Positions 1 through 9,471 of a DNA stretch of 32,000 nt are shown one piece after another. Position 1 is the stretch's first letter. Every line of letters starts with the position of its first letter. Under the pieces are notes generated by a model, which was not told the DNA's origin, searched no databases, and saw only the letters and a program-made list of their open reading frames with translations. A program made the translations under genes and the position numbers. This DNA comes from Candidatus Heimdallarchaeota archaeon (GTDB lineage Archaea > Asgardarchaeota > Heimdallarchaeia > Heimdallarchaeales > Kariarchaeaceae), in assembly GCA_030149205.1 (NCBI GenBank), contig JASBSB010000003.1, positions 441,710 to 473,709 on the forward strand, given 5' to 3'.

Positions 1-671
1 ATGCCAAAAGAGCCTTGAATCTGCTCTATGAACTTGATTAGCGTTTTTGCAAAAGCCCTCAATTCATCATCTTTGTACATTTTTTTAATCTCAGGAACAT
101 CAAAGTAATCTGTGATATCTCCTGGACCTTTAAGAGTACAATCACCTGGAAATACCCCTTTGATTGATAATTCCAATAGAAAAAAGTGAATAACTTCCTC
201 TTTGTTGGTTATCTTTCCTTTGCTAGCTGTTTTTGGACTGGGCTCAACTTCTTGAACTATTTCGGGTTGCTTTGTCGGTTGTATAAGCTTATTTGAGGTT
301 CCTTGAAGGTTTTCTGTGACCTGAGTAATACCTGGAGCCTTGGTCATAGCAGTTTTGTCAGATCTTTCAAAATTAGACACTAAACTAAAATTCTGTTTGG
401 TGGATTGGTTTGCTCCAACTTTTCTCTTCTTCATTTGATCTGAGTTTGAAGATGATTGCTCAGATAAGACGAAGAGATTTAGCGTAATGGTATCGTTCAT
501 ATTTGCAAAAACACCCCTTCTTTTCTGAACAAAATTAGGAATTGTTACTTTAAGATTACTTTCTTTGGTAAGATAATGTCGTAGCCCCTCATAAATATTG
601 TACTCATATTGGAGTAATCCCAAAACGAATACTATGGAGAGAATAAATACAACGAATGTGTCACTTACCAT
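1..671 (-). CDS. Hypothetical membrane-anchored protein, truncated at the window edge (not in the ORF track)
   Basis: I translated it by hand. The frame is open from ATG 671 to position 3 (223 codons): MVSDTFVVFILSIVFVLGLLQYEY (one TM), a Ser/Thr/Gln/Lys-rich linker, then a globular-looking segment. A TATA box lies at 694-701. Confidence 0.8.
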   Translation of the reverse strand, partial: MVSDTFVVFILSIVFVLGLLQYEYNIYEGLRHYLTKESNLKVTIPNFVQKRRGVFANMNDTITLNLFVLSEQSSSNSDQMKKRKVGANQSTKQNFSLVSNFERSDKTAMTKAPGITQVTENLQGTSNKLIQPTKQPEIVQEVEPSPKTASKGKITNKEEVIHFFLLELSIKGVFPGDCTLKGPGDITDYFDVPEIKKMYKDDELRAFAKTLIKFIEQIQGSFG

Positions 672-693
672 TGAATAACAGTAAATTTGTCAC

Positions 694-701
694 CTTATAT
701 A
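694..701 (-). promoter_or_regulatory. Archaeal TATA box (TATATAAG) for the leftward gene
   Basis: Centred about 26 nt upstream of ATG 671, which fits a leaderless transcript. Confidence 0.55.
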
Positions 702-749
702 TTTTACCTACTCCAGCTCAATTTTTGAACAAAATTGTGGTGACTGGTG

Positions 750-764
750 TGGACAATTTGTCCA
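750..764. promoter_or_regulatory. Palindrome TGGACAA-T-TTGTCCA, candidate operator
   Basis: Perfect 7-bp inverted repeat with a 1-nt spacer in the divergent intergenic region. Confidence 0.35.
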
Positions 765-800
765 TAGGTTTTGGAATATTGATAATTCAAAATTGAGGAG

Positions 801-822
801 AATTTCTTTGCAGAAATTTCTG
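801..822. promoter_or_regulatory. Overlapping palindromes AATTTCT-N4-AGAAATT and CAGAAATTTCTG
   Basis: 7-bp inverted repeat at 801-818 and a perfect 12-bp palindrome at 811-822. Confidence 0.3.
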
Positions 823-882
823 TGAAATTGCTATCTTTTCAAGATGTTGTTATATTGATTAGAAGATTAATACACGGTATCC

Positions 883-890
883 TTATAAAG
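883..890 (+). promoter_or_regulatory. Archaeal TATA box (TTATAAAG) for the TPR gene
   Basis: Centred about 26 nt upstream of ATG 913. This favours 913 over TTG 895 as the start. Confidence 0.55.
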
Positions 891-912
891 AATCTTGCCT
901 ATTTGGTTTAGG

Positions 913-1794
913 ATGTCAATTGATTTAGATCCTGTATTAGAGAAAAAACTTAGAGTTGCTCAACTTTTTGTTAGAGCTAAAAAGTATAGGGATGCAATCG
1001 AAACCTATCTAGAAATCACTGAGTCAGAACCTAACAAATCAGAATATTATAAGGTCATTGGAGAGCTGTATTACAACTCTTCTGATTATACTCAGGCTGA
1101 GTATTATTTTTCTGAGTCAATGAAACTTGGTTCAGATAAGGAGAACGAGCAGTTTTTGGCATTCTCCAAAATAATGCTCCATAAGTATAGAGAGGCAGAG
1201 GAGCTCTTGAGTAAAATTAATGAGAATGATGAATATCTCACGAACCTTATTGCAACCTTGAACCTTCTCACCTCAGAACCTGATGAACTTACAGACAAAC
1301 AGAAGGAGAGAATCTTAATGAAGGATCTGTTGGCAATGTATGAATTTAATCACAATCGACCATTGAGTTCAATAAGAATTGCCCATCAAATCGAATCTCG
1401 ATTAATTTCATACTACACACTTGGTGTTATATTTGCTAATATCAGAGATGAATCTTCAACTACAAAGGCAAACAAATATTTTCGATTAGCCTTAGCTATC
1501 TATGAAAAAGCAAAGCTTGATGAACCTACCTTTCTTAATAAAATCAAAATTGCTGTTGCAATAACAAACCAAAATATGGAAGAACGGAAGGTTGCATTAC
1601 AAAAGTTAATGCATCAAATAGATGATCCAGAGCTGTATTATGGGTATCTTCAAACACTGATTGAGTCAAAAAGCCCCAGTTCACAAATTTTAGAGACTAT
1701 AGAGAAGATGGAGGAATACAGAGGTGATGCTCCAGACCTGTTACGTTCAATTGATTTATGGATGGAAAGGACAAATGGAGGTGTCTTATATTGA
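913..1794 (+). CDS. Tetratricopeptide-repeat (TPR) protein
   Basis: TPR-like helical pairs, e.g. AQLFVRAKKYRDAIETYLEITESEP and YYKVIGELYYNSSDYTQAEYYFSESMKLG. The ORF track starts it at TTG 895. Confidence 0.8.
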   Translation: MSIDLDPVLEKKLRVAQLFVRAKKYRDAIETYLEITESEPNKSEYYKVIGELYYNSSDYTQAEYYFSESMKLGSDKENEQFLAFSKIMLHKYREAEELLSKINENDEYLTNLIATLNLLTSEPDELTDKQKERILMKDLLAMYEFNHNRPLSSIRIAHQIESRLISYYTLGVIFANIRDESSTTKANKYFRLALAIYEKAKLDEPTFLNKIKIAVAITNQNMEERKVALQKLMHQIDDPELYYGYLQTLIESKSPSSQILETIEKMEEYRGDAPDLLRSIDLWMERTNGGVLY

Positions 1795-4700
1795 AAGTCT
1801 GTTTAAATTGTGGACATAAAAGTTCTAAACCAATAAATTTTTGTTCAGTCTGTGGTTTTTCAATCATTGATGAGAACTTAGAGATTATTTGTGAAAAGTG
1901 TGGAGCTAAAAACCTTCTTTCCAGAACTTTCTGTTCTAACTGTGCTGCAAATATTGAGAAGGGGTATAAAATGAATCAAGCAAGACTTGAATCTCTAACC
2001 TCTAGAATCTTGGACCTCTCGATTAAGACAAATTCAATAGATAAAAGATTAAATCTATTAATTGAAGCTGCTAAATTAGGGAAGCTTAGTACCGATAGAG
2101 TTGATCTCTATGCACTTGGAAAACGTCAAGGTGAGGAAGCTCAGTTTCCACAAACTGGATCTAGTAAATCTACAACAAATGTTACATCTTCTGCAATTGA
2201 AGATATAAAAGGTGAAGATCCACACCATGCAGAAACATCCCAAACGGCAGTCCCTCAAGAAGTCAAAGCAGAAGGTACTAAGGCAGAAGATAGAGGAAGT
2301 ATCTATCAACAAACTAAATCTGACGCAATTCCAAGCTATGCAAAAATTGGGGACAATTCAACAAAGTCAGAGTTAACTGCATCTGAGGGCAATTTAAAGC
2401 GACCTAAGGAATCAACCATTGGTGAGACAACACCTGTCTCACCGTCCAAAATTTTTGAACAGAAACAAAAGTCTGAGATACAAGCTGACCTTCAAACTTC
2501 ATCTGTTGGTGATGTCCCTCTTGAATCTAAACCCAGTGTTGAGACAACAGAAAGAATTTCAGCTGAATCCCGAATTATCACAAATCCGACATTATCGATT
2601 AATAGGGAAGTTGGAGGATTAAAAAGAATTGTTCCTTCTTTTGTCAAACCTAAGTTTGATCTGAAGATCCCTATTACTCCTATCAAATCAGGAAGGACTC
2701 AACGCAGGTTTGACTTAAGCTCACCTAAAAAGTTGCTTAGTGACTTTGGTCAACAGATTCAAGTTGGGATTGCTGTTTCTCTACTCTTAGCAGGGTTAAT
2801 ATTTAGTTCATTCATTATAAGCTCTGATAAATTTGTTCAGAACACCATTCTATATAGTACTGGTTTACTTACAATAATTGGTGGACTACTTTTTGCTAAA
2901 TTATTTTGGAAGGATCAGGATAATTTACTTGGTAATACCTTAATTTCACTGGGTTATTTTTTGGCACTGTACAGTTCTTTTGGGACTGCTAATCAGTTAA
3001 ACGCAACAATTTTACCAATTCTTCCTACACTTTTGATCTTATTCTCTGCATTGTTACTAAATTCAGAGAGTCTGGCAGATATTTCTGTTCTGGGAACACT
3101 TTTTGCTGGTTGGATCGCATCTCAGACATTCATAGAATTAAGCTGGAACTTTGGGTCAACCTGGATAATTATGACTGTTCTAATTGCAACATTATTTTAT
3201 TTGAAAGACAAAATGATTCAACCTAGCATTTTAGCCTACTTTGGAGGGGCAATAATTAGTCTCTCATTGTTGTCCAATACACCTGCGACTGGAATGATTT
3301 CCCTGCCTATACTCATTTCAACTATTCCATTGGCACTAATTATCTTAAATCAGAGGTTAGATTTGCTGCCAAATATGATGAGAGCTCTATATGCGATTCT
3401 ATTAGGTGTTCCCTTTGTTGCCTTCCTTATTGGTGCAGCTACAGGTAAACTCAATCTATATGATGATGTCATCCTTTTCTCAATTATCGCAGTTTTAAGC
3501 ATTTTATTTGCAAATCCAAATCTATTGAAGAAAGAGGAAAACAGACTCTATAGCTTGCTTAACTTATCCTTGAACAAATACTCAAAAATATTTGTCCCAT
3601 TTGTTTCAATAATTTTTCTTAATCATATAATTGAAACTGTCAATCAATCATCAACTCAAATAGCTAGAATCGATTTTATTTTCTTCGTTATAACACCTAT
3701 AGTATTATTTTTCAGCTTAAACCTCTTGTTCTCAGTAGCCAGTACTTCTGAAGAAGTGAGAACTGAAGTTCAGTTGTTGAATTACATTCCAATTCTCATA
3801 ACTGAAAGCATTTTTTTCAGCCTTAGCTTAGGCTTATCAAGATTTGTGGGTAACCAATCTCTTGGTTACTTAGCAACGAGCTTCTATCTTATCCTTGTGT
3901 TTGTTCCACTGACCATTGGGATCCTAGGGGGTATCTTTGCCAAATACCTCAAGGTTACAGACAGAATAATGTTTGCAACCCAGGTGATGACAATGATAAA
4001 TACCATTTGGTTGAATTCTTACGTCCTAATCGGGGGTGATGCAGTTCTTGCATCATTGGCAGTATTCTTAACTTTCCTTCTTGCTTTATATTTACCAGGA
4101 ATATCAGATCTTTACAGAAAGAGAATTTATGCAATTTCACTTCTTGGTTCCTCAGTTTTGGTTTTATTAGGTCAACTGTATCACAGATTTGATCAATTTG
4201 AGAACCCTGGATTTATCTGGTATCTAAAGACAAACACCTTCTTAAAACTAGAGACATTTGGTCCACTTACAGTGCTGGCTTCTTTTGGTGTCATAGCTGG
4301 GCTAAGCCTGTTCAGACTCGTCAGGCTGGTAGAAAGGGGTCAGATTAGCAGAGAGGCGATCATAAATTCTTCAAATCCGTTTTTAAAGCTATATTATTAT
4401 TTTGAACGCTTCATCTTAAATCATCTTGAACAGCTGTTTTCTGCAGCCCTGAACTTTTCATTTATTGCAATATTATTGACTGGTGGTTTCAATTCACAGT
4501 CTACTACCTCAACAGTGGTTGCTTTTATAACAACACTTCTGACCCTTTCAAACGGCATAATTATATATCTCTCAAGAGGAAGAAGCTGGTTGTCATACAT
4601 CTTCACTGGTACAGCAATTGTCTTTAGCTCCATGTATATAGTTAATGCAGATTCATACCTGGTTATTCAGGGTAACATTGTACTTCTCTTCTTGCTAAGC

Positions 4701-7700
4701 TTTCTTATTATGAACTTTGAATCTCGTCGAAATATAGTTCAAAAAGCAGAAAGAGCACTAACCAGAGAATTTATCCTGGGAAGCACACTGTTAAGCTCAG
4801 TTATAGTAACTGGTTCTGCTTATTTGGATCCAACGCTGATTCTTGTGGCTACATTGGTGGTTTACTCCATGATACTGTCATTGAAGTACCACAATTCTTT
4901 CTTATCTGGGTTAGGGTTAATAGTTTACTCAGTGTTGTTCACTAAAGTTAACACCCAATTTACTACTAGTCTTCCCTACCCTCAATTATTCTACGTGTTG
5001 GCCTCGATAACATTGGTGCTTACCTTTGGGATATACCTGTACAGTCAAATAAGAGGTGAGGGGTTGAATGTGACACAATATGAGTTTATATCTAGGATGA
5101 CAAACCAATATCCTGCTCTTGACACTAAATTCTTCAGATCCATCCGTATAACCTTTCCTTTAATAGGGTTGCTAATGTTCAGCTATACACCTGATCTCAA
5201 TGTAACTTTTCAGGCTATCTGGATACTAATCTTAAGCATAACGCTAATTTTCTCAATTGAAAGTTCAGATTTTGACAGTAGGTTAGTTGGTCCAATTCTT
5301 ATATTGTACAGTCTGTTCCTATATCTAACATTTCAACCCACAGGGTTGGTCAACGGTTTGGTCTCTATTCTTGGGTATTTGCTCCTGGTAGGATATTTGA
5401 GCCTTAGAAATAACAGTGAGGAAAATTCAACCGAGAGAGATGTTGTGACCTTAGTTAACAACGTAATTCTAAGCTTAACTTTTATAGGAGCATTTCAGTT
5501 TCTATCAGCTGTCCCAGAATTACGAGGTTTGGTATTAGTTGTGTTGGCAACCATCCTTGGGTTGCACACCAAATCAATCCGACTGCACTCTCTACCTGTT
5601 GCATTGATGTTCCTGTTTAGTTACATAAATCCTCTTTATGTCCTGAATACTAACATCTTGAATTTTGGATATTTGATGATACAGAACAAAAGTTACACAC
5701 TTGAAGCAGTCAGGACACTCCCAATTTTGATATACGTATCACTTGTGTATCTAAGATCAATCAGGGATTCAAAATATGTATCTATACCAGTTTCGATTTC
5801 TGTTGGTATACTTTTTGTATCTGGGTTATTCACAGTTAATGGTGAATTAGGATTTGTATTCTTGGTTTCACTTTACGCTTCTTTACTTATTCTCGCCCTA
5901 CAAACTGAATTTATAGAGGAGCATATACTCAGTTCTCTTATCTTCATACTAGGAGTAACATTCGTAGGCGGAAGTGATATATTATTAGGTCAATTTGGAG
6001 CGGATCAAATCTTATTGTCCAACAGGATGATTGCTGCAACTGGGCTCTTATTGATAAATCTTATCATCTGGAAACATGCCGAGCTGAAATCTCTGTTTGA
6101 GATAAACCTAACGAAAATACCACTATCAATAGTATTTGCAGTGCTTGATGGGTATATCCTGTTTCTTGGATCGTTTTCATCATGGTTTTCTGCGGTTTAT
6201 GTGTTCACAACTATCATCCTCCTAAGTGTCGTAGACTTAAGACAAAACAGTAGATACATTGGAATTGGTTCTGGTTTGTTTGGATTAATAGTTTTATTAT
6301 CTGGAATGTTCATTATTCCATCAGACCACATTTTCAAAACTCTCCCAGGTAGTTTAGTTGGCCTTATAACTGGAATATCTGTTTTGGTCCTGATCTTCCG
6401 TTCGAGATTTGAGGAGCTGGAGCTATCGACAAGTCACTTTGAGATTGGAGGATTTATCTCACTGATCTCAGTTTTATCTCTGTCTGCTTTCTTCGGGTCA
6501 ACATTAGAATTTGCCATCCTTCAACTGGTCAGCTTATTTGTGTTGACCTATGTTAACTGGGCGATTAACAAGTACGAAATTTCAATGATAACTTCTATCG
6601 GCATCTCCCTGAACGTCTTTATTCAGCTTTTCGTTAATCCATTTGCCATAATCTCACTTTCTGTCTTTTTGATTAACCTAGTACTCTTCATGCTAAATCA
6701 GTTCACTGAGATCAACATCAAAGGAAACATGATAGGGATAATCACAGGATTTTCAGTTGTTGTTGGAGGGATTTTGTTTGGTAGTCAAAGTGGAGAACAA
6801 ATCATAGCACAGATCCCAGAACTGGTGACTTATGCTGGATTGTTTAATTATACTTGGATCATTCTCTTTTGGATGTGGATAGTTGACCTGTTAATTGCGA
6901 ACTTTGTTGGTAATCTCTTTGACGATAATTTTCTTGAGTCAATAGGAAATAGACTGAACATCCCAATTCAAGAGGGTCTCAGTAGGTTTACAATTGTTTT
7001 ATCAATAATCTTCCTAAACTATATTCCTGTTTTTCTCTTCTGGAGATTAAACTCACTTGAAAACACAGTATTTTTGCTTGGAAATGTTATAGTCTTTACT
7101 CTGATCTTTCTTTCATCATTAATCAAGAGAAAGGGAGAAGAAAATGTCAATCTATACATTGATATGATCACAATTACACCTGCGCTTTCAGGGTTTATCT
7201 TTTCAGTGTTTTTCATGAATATTCAACAACAGATATACAGTGGAAATCAAATAATTCAGTCCATTATATCCTTGGTTCTTCAGTATGCATATCTAGGAAT
7301 CAGCTCATTAGCAGTTTTGGCTGTTGTTTTCTTCTTTTTAAGAAACAGATCAGAAGACTTTGAGCACACCTCAACAAATATCTTACTTGATATTGGAACT
7401 TTCATCTCCTTGGCCTCATTATTTGTCCCGATACTGACAGGTAATTTCCAACCATTATTAGCTGTAACGGTACTATTTTGGATGCTGTTTATAACTGGAA
7501 GCGTGCAGGGAGGAAATAACGTTAAGATCAAGCAGGTTGTACAGCTGTTTGGTTCATTTGTCGCCTCTTATTTCTTCATTTATGCATTTCCAGTGCAGTA
7601 TGTTACTGTAAACTACAGTCACGGTGTGTCCCTGTTCTCAATTGCATCCCTAAGCCTAATTGCTAATGCCTTGGTTGCTTATGCCTACCTCCTTGTAGTT

Positions 7701-8159
7701 GGTGAGAATGTAAAGGAAAACATCAACTTTACCTTCTTGGCATATTTCAGAATAGTGATAAGCTTTCTTGCGATACTTCTTCTAAATGACTTCTCAACAC
7801 CTTTTGAAAGATTTGTGTCTCTCTCTGCCTATGTCTTATTGAGTGTGACAACCATGGGATATGGAGTCAAATATGAAATCTCTCCTATGAAAATGCTTGG
7901 GACTGCAATCATTTTTGCAGGACTCTTTATAGGTGGTGTATTCCTATTGACAAGTTACAGCAGTGGACAGCCAGTAGATCCTCTTCTTGCTGCTCTTACT
8001 TTCATCATCGGTGGTTTGGGCTTTCTTTACAATGTGTATCTACAGGATGCAGCTAAGAAAAACAAAAGGAACATCTTCATCTCAATGTTCATTCCAAAGG
8101 TCAGTGAGAGATCTGGTCAAAATGAGAAAACACTAAATGAGGAAACACTACCAGAATAA
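1791..8159 (+). CDS. Giant polytopic membrane protein with N-terminal double zinc ribbon; DUF2339-like membrane region
   Basis: Four CxxC pairs (nt 1800-1943), a coiled-coil, a long S/T/E/K/P-rich linker, then ~1800 aa of mostly hydrophobic helices. The likely start is TTG 1791: GGAGGTG SD at 1777-1783 and a TTGA overlap with the TPR stop. The ORF track starts it at 1758. The DUF2339 resemblance is by eye only. Confidence 0.85.
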   Translation: MKVCLNCGHKSSKPINFCSVCGFSIIDENLEIICEKCGAKNLLSRTFCSNCAANIEKGYKMNQARLESLTSRILDLSIKTNSIDKRLNLLIEAAKLGKLSTDRVDLYALGKRQGEEAQFPQTGSSKSTTNVTSSAIEDIKGEDPHHAETSQTAVPQEVKAEGTKAEDRGSIYQQTKSDAIPSYAKIGDNSTKSELTASEGNLKRPKESTIGETTPVSPSKIFEQKQKSEIQADLQTSSVGDVPLESKPSVETTERISAESRIITNPTLSINREVGGLKRIVPSFVKPKFDLKIPITPIKSGRTQRRFDLSSPKKLLSDFGQQIQVGIAVSLLLAGLIFSSFIISSDKFVQNTILYSTGLLTIIGGLLFAKLFWKDQDNLLGNTLISLGYFLALYSSFGTANQLNATILPILPTLLILFSALLLNSESLADISVLGTLFAGWIASQTFIELSWNFGSTWIIMTVLIATLFYLKDKMIQPSILAYFGGAIISLSLLSNTPATGMISLPILISTIPLALIILNQRLDLLPNMMRALYAILLGVPFVAFLIGAATGKLNLYDDVILFSIIAVLSILFANPNLLKKEENRLYSLLNLSLNKYSKIFVPFVSIIFLNHIIETVNQSSTQIARIDFIFFVITPIVLFFSLNLLFSVASTSEEVRTEVQLLNYIPILITESIFFSLSLGLSRFVGNQSLGYLATSFYLILVFVPLTIGILGGIFAKYLKVTDRIMFATQVMTMINTIWLNSYVLIGGDAVLASLAVFLTFLLALYLPGISDLYRKRIYAISLLGSSVLVLLGQLYHRFDQFENPGFIWYLKTNTFLKLETFGPLTVLASFGVIAGLSLFRLVRLVERGQISREAIINSSNPFLKLYYYFERFILNHLEQLFSAALNFSFIAILLTGGFNSQSTTSTVVAFITTLLTLSNGIIIYLSRGRSWLSYIFTGTAIVFSSMYIVNADSYLVIQGNIVLLFLLSFLIMNFESRRNIVQKAERALTREFILGSTLLSSVIVTGSAYLDPTLILVATLVVYSMILSLKYHNSFLSGLGLIVYSVLFTKVNTQFTTSLPYPQLFYVLASITLVLTFGIYLYSQIRGEGLNVTQYEFISRMTNQYPALDTKFFRSIRITFPLIGLLMFSYTPDLNVTFQAIWILILSITLIFSIESSDFDSRLVGPILILYSLFLYLTFQPTGLVNGLVSILGYLLLVGYLSLRNNSEENSTERDVVTLVNNVILSLTFIGAFQFLSAVPELRGLVLVVLATILGLHTKSIRLHSLPVALMFLFSYINPLYVLNTNILNFGYLMIQNKSYTLEAVRTLPILIYVSLVYLRSIRDSKYVSIPVSISVGILFVSGLFTVNGELGFVFLVSLYASLLILALQTEFIEEHILSSLIFILGVTFVGGSDILLGQFGADQILLSNRMIAATGLLLINLIIWKHAELKSLFEINLTKIPLSIVFAVLDGYILFLGSFSSWFSAVYVFTTIILLSVVDLRQNSRYIGIGSGLFGLIVLLSGMFIIPSDHIFKTLPGSLVGLITGISVLVLIFRSRFEELELSTSHFEIGGFISLISVLSLSAFFGSTLEFAILQLVSLFVLTYVNWAINKYEISMITSIGISLNVFIQLFVNPFAIISLSVFLINLVLFMLNQFTEINIKGNMIGIITGFSVVVGGILFGSQSGEQIIAQIPELVTYAGLFNYTWIILFWMWIVDLLIANFVGNLFDDNFLESIGNRLNIPIQEGLSRFTIVLSIIFLNYIPVFLFWRLNSLENTVFLLGNVIVFTLIFLSSLIKRKGEENVNLYIDMITITPALSGFIFSVFFMNIQQQIYSGNQIIQSIISLVLQYAYLGISSLAVLAVVFFFLRNRSEDFEHTSTNILLDIGTFISLASLFVPILTGNFQPLLAVTVLFWMLFITGSVQGGNNVKIKQVVQLFGSFVASYFFIYAFPVQYVTVNYSHGVSLFSIASLSLIANALVAYAYLLVVGENVKENINFTFLAYFRIVISFLAILLLNDFSTPFERFVSLSAYVLLSVTTMGYGVKYEISPMKMLGTAIIFAGLFIGGVFLLTSYSSGQPVDPLLAALTFIIGGLGFLYNVYLQDAAKKNKRNIFISMFIPKVSERSGQNEKTLNEETLPE

Positions 8160-8241
8160 TTTGGAGTAACTAATGCGTGTATAGACTATCACAAAATATT
8201 AATTCAATTTCAAGAGAGTTTCAATTGAAGAAGGTGAAAAT

Positions 8242-9249
8242 GTGTTAGAAGATGATTTAAAGGAGAGGTTACTCAGACATGATCCAAATGGAGTGCCTGA
8301 GGCTATTGCACTCCTCCTGTCTGATAACACAGAAAGTAAGGCTGAGTTAATTGGATTTATTTTAAGAAACAATCTCACAGAGTTCCTGGATGATCTAATC
8401 AATGTTGGGGTTGTGGATGAGGAGAAATCCATTCGAGCCATGGCTATCATGGCAGTTGCAAAATTGGGGAACAGAAGTAATGCAACTGACCTCTTAGATG
8501 CAATCTCGCTTGAATCCGATGAAGAGACACTAATGTCAATGATCGAAAGCTTCATCCTGTTTGCTGAGATTAATGACCTGAAAATTGAAGAGCTTGAACA
8601 GTTACTCGAAGTATTACCAATCGAAAGGATCTCAAGTCTACAGAATGCAACCCAATCGAGAATTGAGATGAAGGAAAAGCCTGATCCCCTAAAAATAAGC
8701 TTACCATTACCCCAGGATCAGGATGAAATTGTGGACTTCTTTGTGGATAACAGTGCGACACAAAAACATGTAGGGAAACTTGAGGATCAGATTGCAGAAG
8801 CAAAGGCAAAAATCAAATTGATTCTGTTGGATCTCGAGCCAAATATCCCTGTCAGCATCTACAGGCTTGCAGAACTGTCTAACACAACCCCGTACTCATT
8901 GGAAAGATATCTTATAGAATTAACTGAGGATGGAACCCTAACAGGAGAATACCTCGAGCTTGAACAGATGTTCATTAAAGGAAGACAGACAACATCTGCA
9001 CTATTAGGAAACATCCCCACAAAGGGACCCCCTCTCTGTTCTGATTGCGGTTCTCCCTCAAGATCATTTCCCTGTGAAAACTGTGGAGGAGGGATACAGT
9101 GTGGTACTTGCAAGCTACTTATTGGAAAGGGAGAAGATATAATTGAATGCCCGGATTGTGGTTCTAAAAACCACAGAACTCATCTCCTTGAATGGCTGAA
9201 AATCAGAGGTGTCTGTCCCATTTGTAAACGGAAAATTCAAATTAAGTAA
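8242..9249 (+). CDS. HEAT-like / winged-helix (PCI-like) / zinc-ribbon / RING-variant protein, putative E3 ligase
   Basis: Helical N-terminus (IRAMAIMAVAKLG), a wH-like segment (VSIYRLAELSNTTPYSLERYLIELTEDGTLTGEY), CSDC-x8-CENC, and C-x2-C-x12-C-x2-C-x4-H-x2-H-x3-W-x6-C-x2-C at the C-terminus. GTG start with GGTGA upstream. Confidence 0.8.
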   Translation: MLEDDLKERLLRHDPNGVPEAIALLLSDNTESKAELIGFILRNNLTEFLDDLINVGVVDEEKSIRAMAIMAVAKLGNRSNATDLLDAISLESDEETLMSMIESFILFAEINDLKIEELEQLLEVLPIERISSLQNATQSRIEMKEKPDPLKISLPLPQDQDEIVDFFVDNSATQKHVGKLEDQIAEAKAKIKLILLDLEPNIPVSIYRLAELSNTTPYSLERYLIELTEDGTLTGEYLELEQMFIKGRQTTSALLGNIPTKGPPLCSDCGSPSRSFPCENCGGGIQCGTCKLLIGKGEDIIECPDCGSKNHRTHLLEWLKIRGVCPICKRKIQIK

Positions 9250-9471
9250 TATGATAAGTTTTGATATAAAATATTCATTCAGTTCATTTATTAACTATTG
9301 ATTATATTAAAACAAAACAAAATTAATTATTATTTAAATTAATTTCATTCTTTACAATCCAAATTAGGAGATTATTAGAATATAGTTCTATCATTAGTGT
9401 AAGTTAGCAGTTTATTTAGTCATAAGATTCATATTTGTAGTTTTGTCTTGAATTGAATTCCGTTAATTAGA

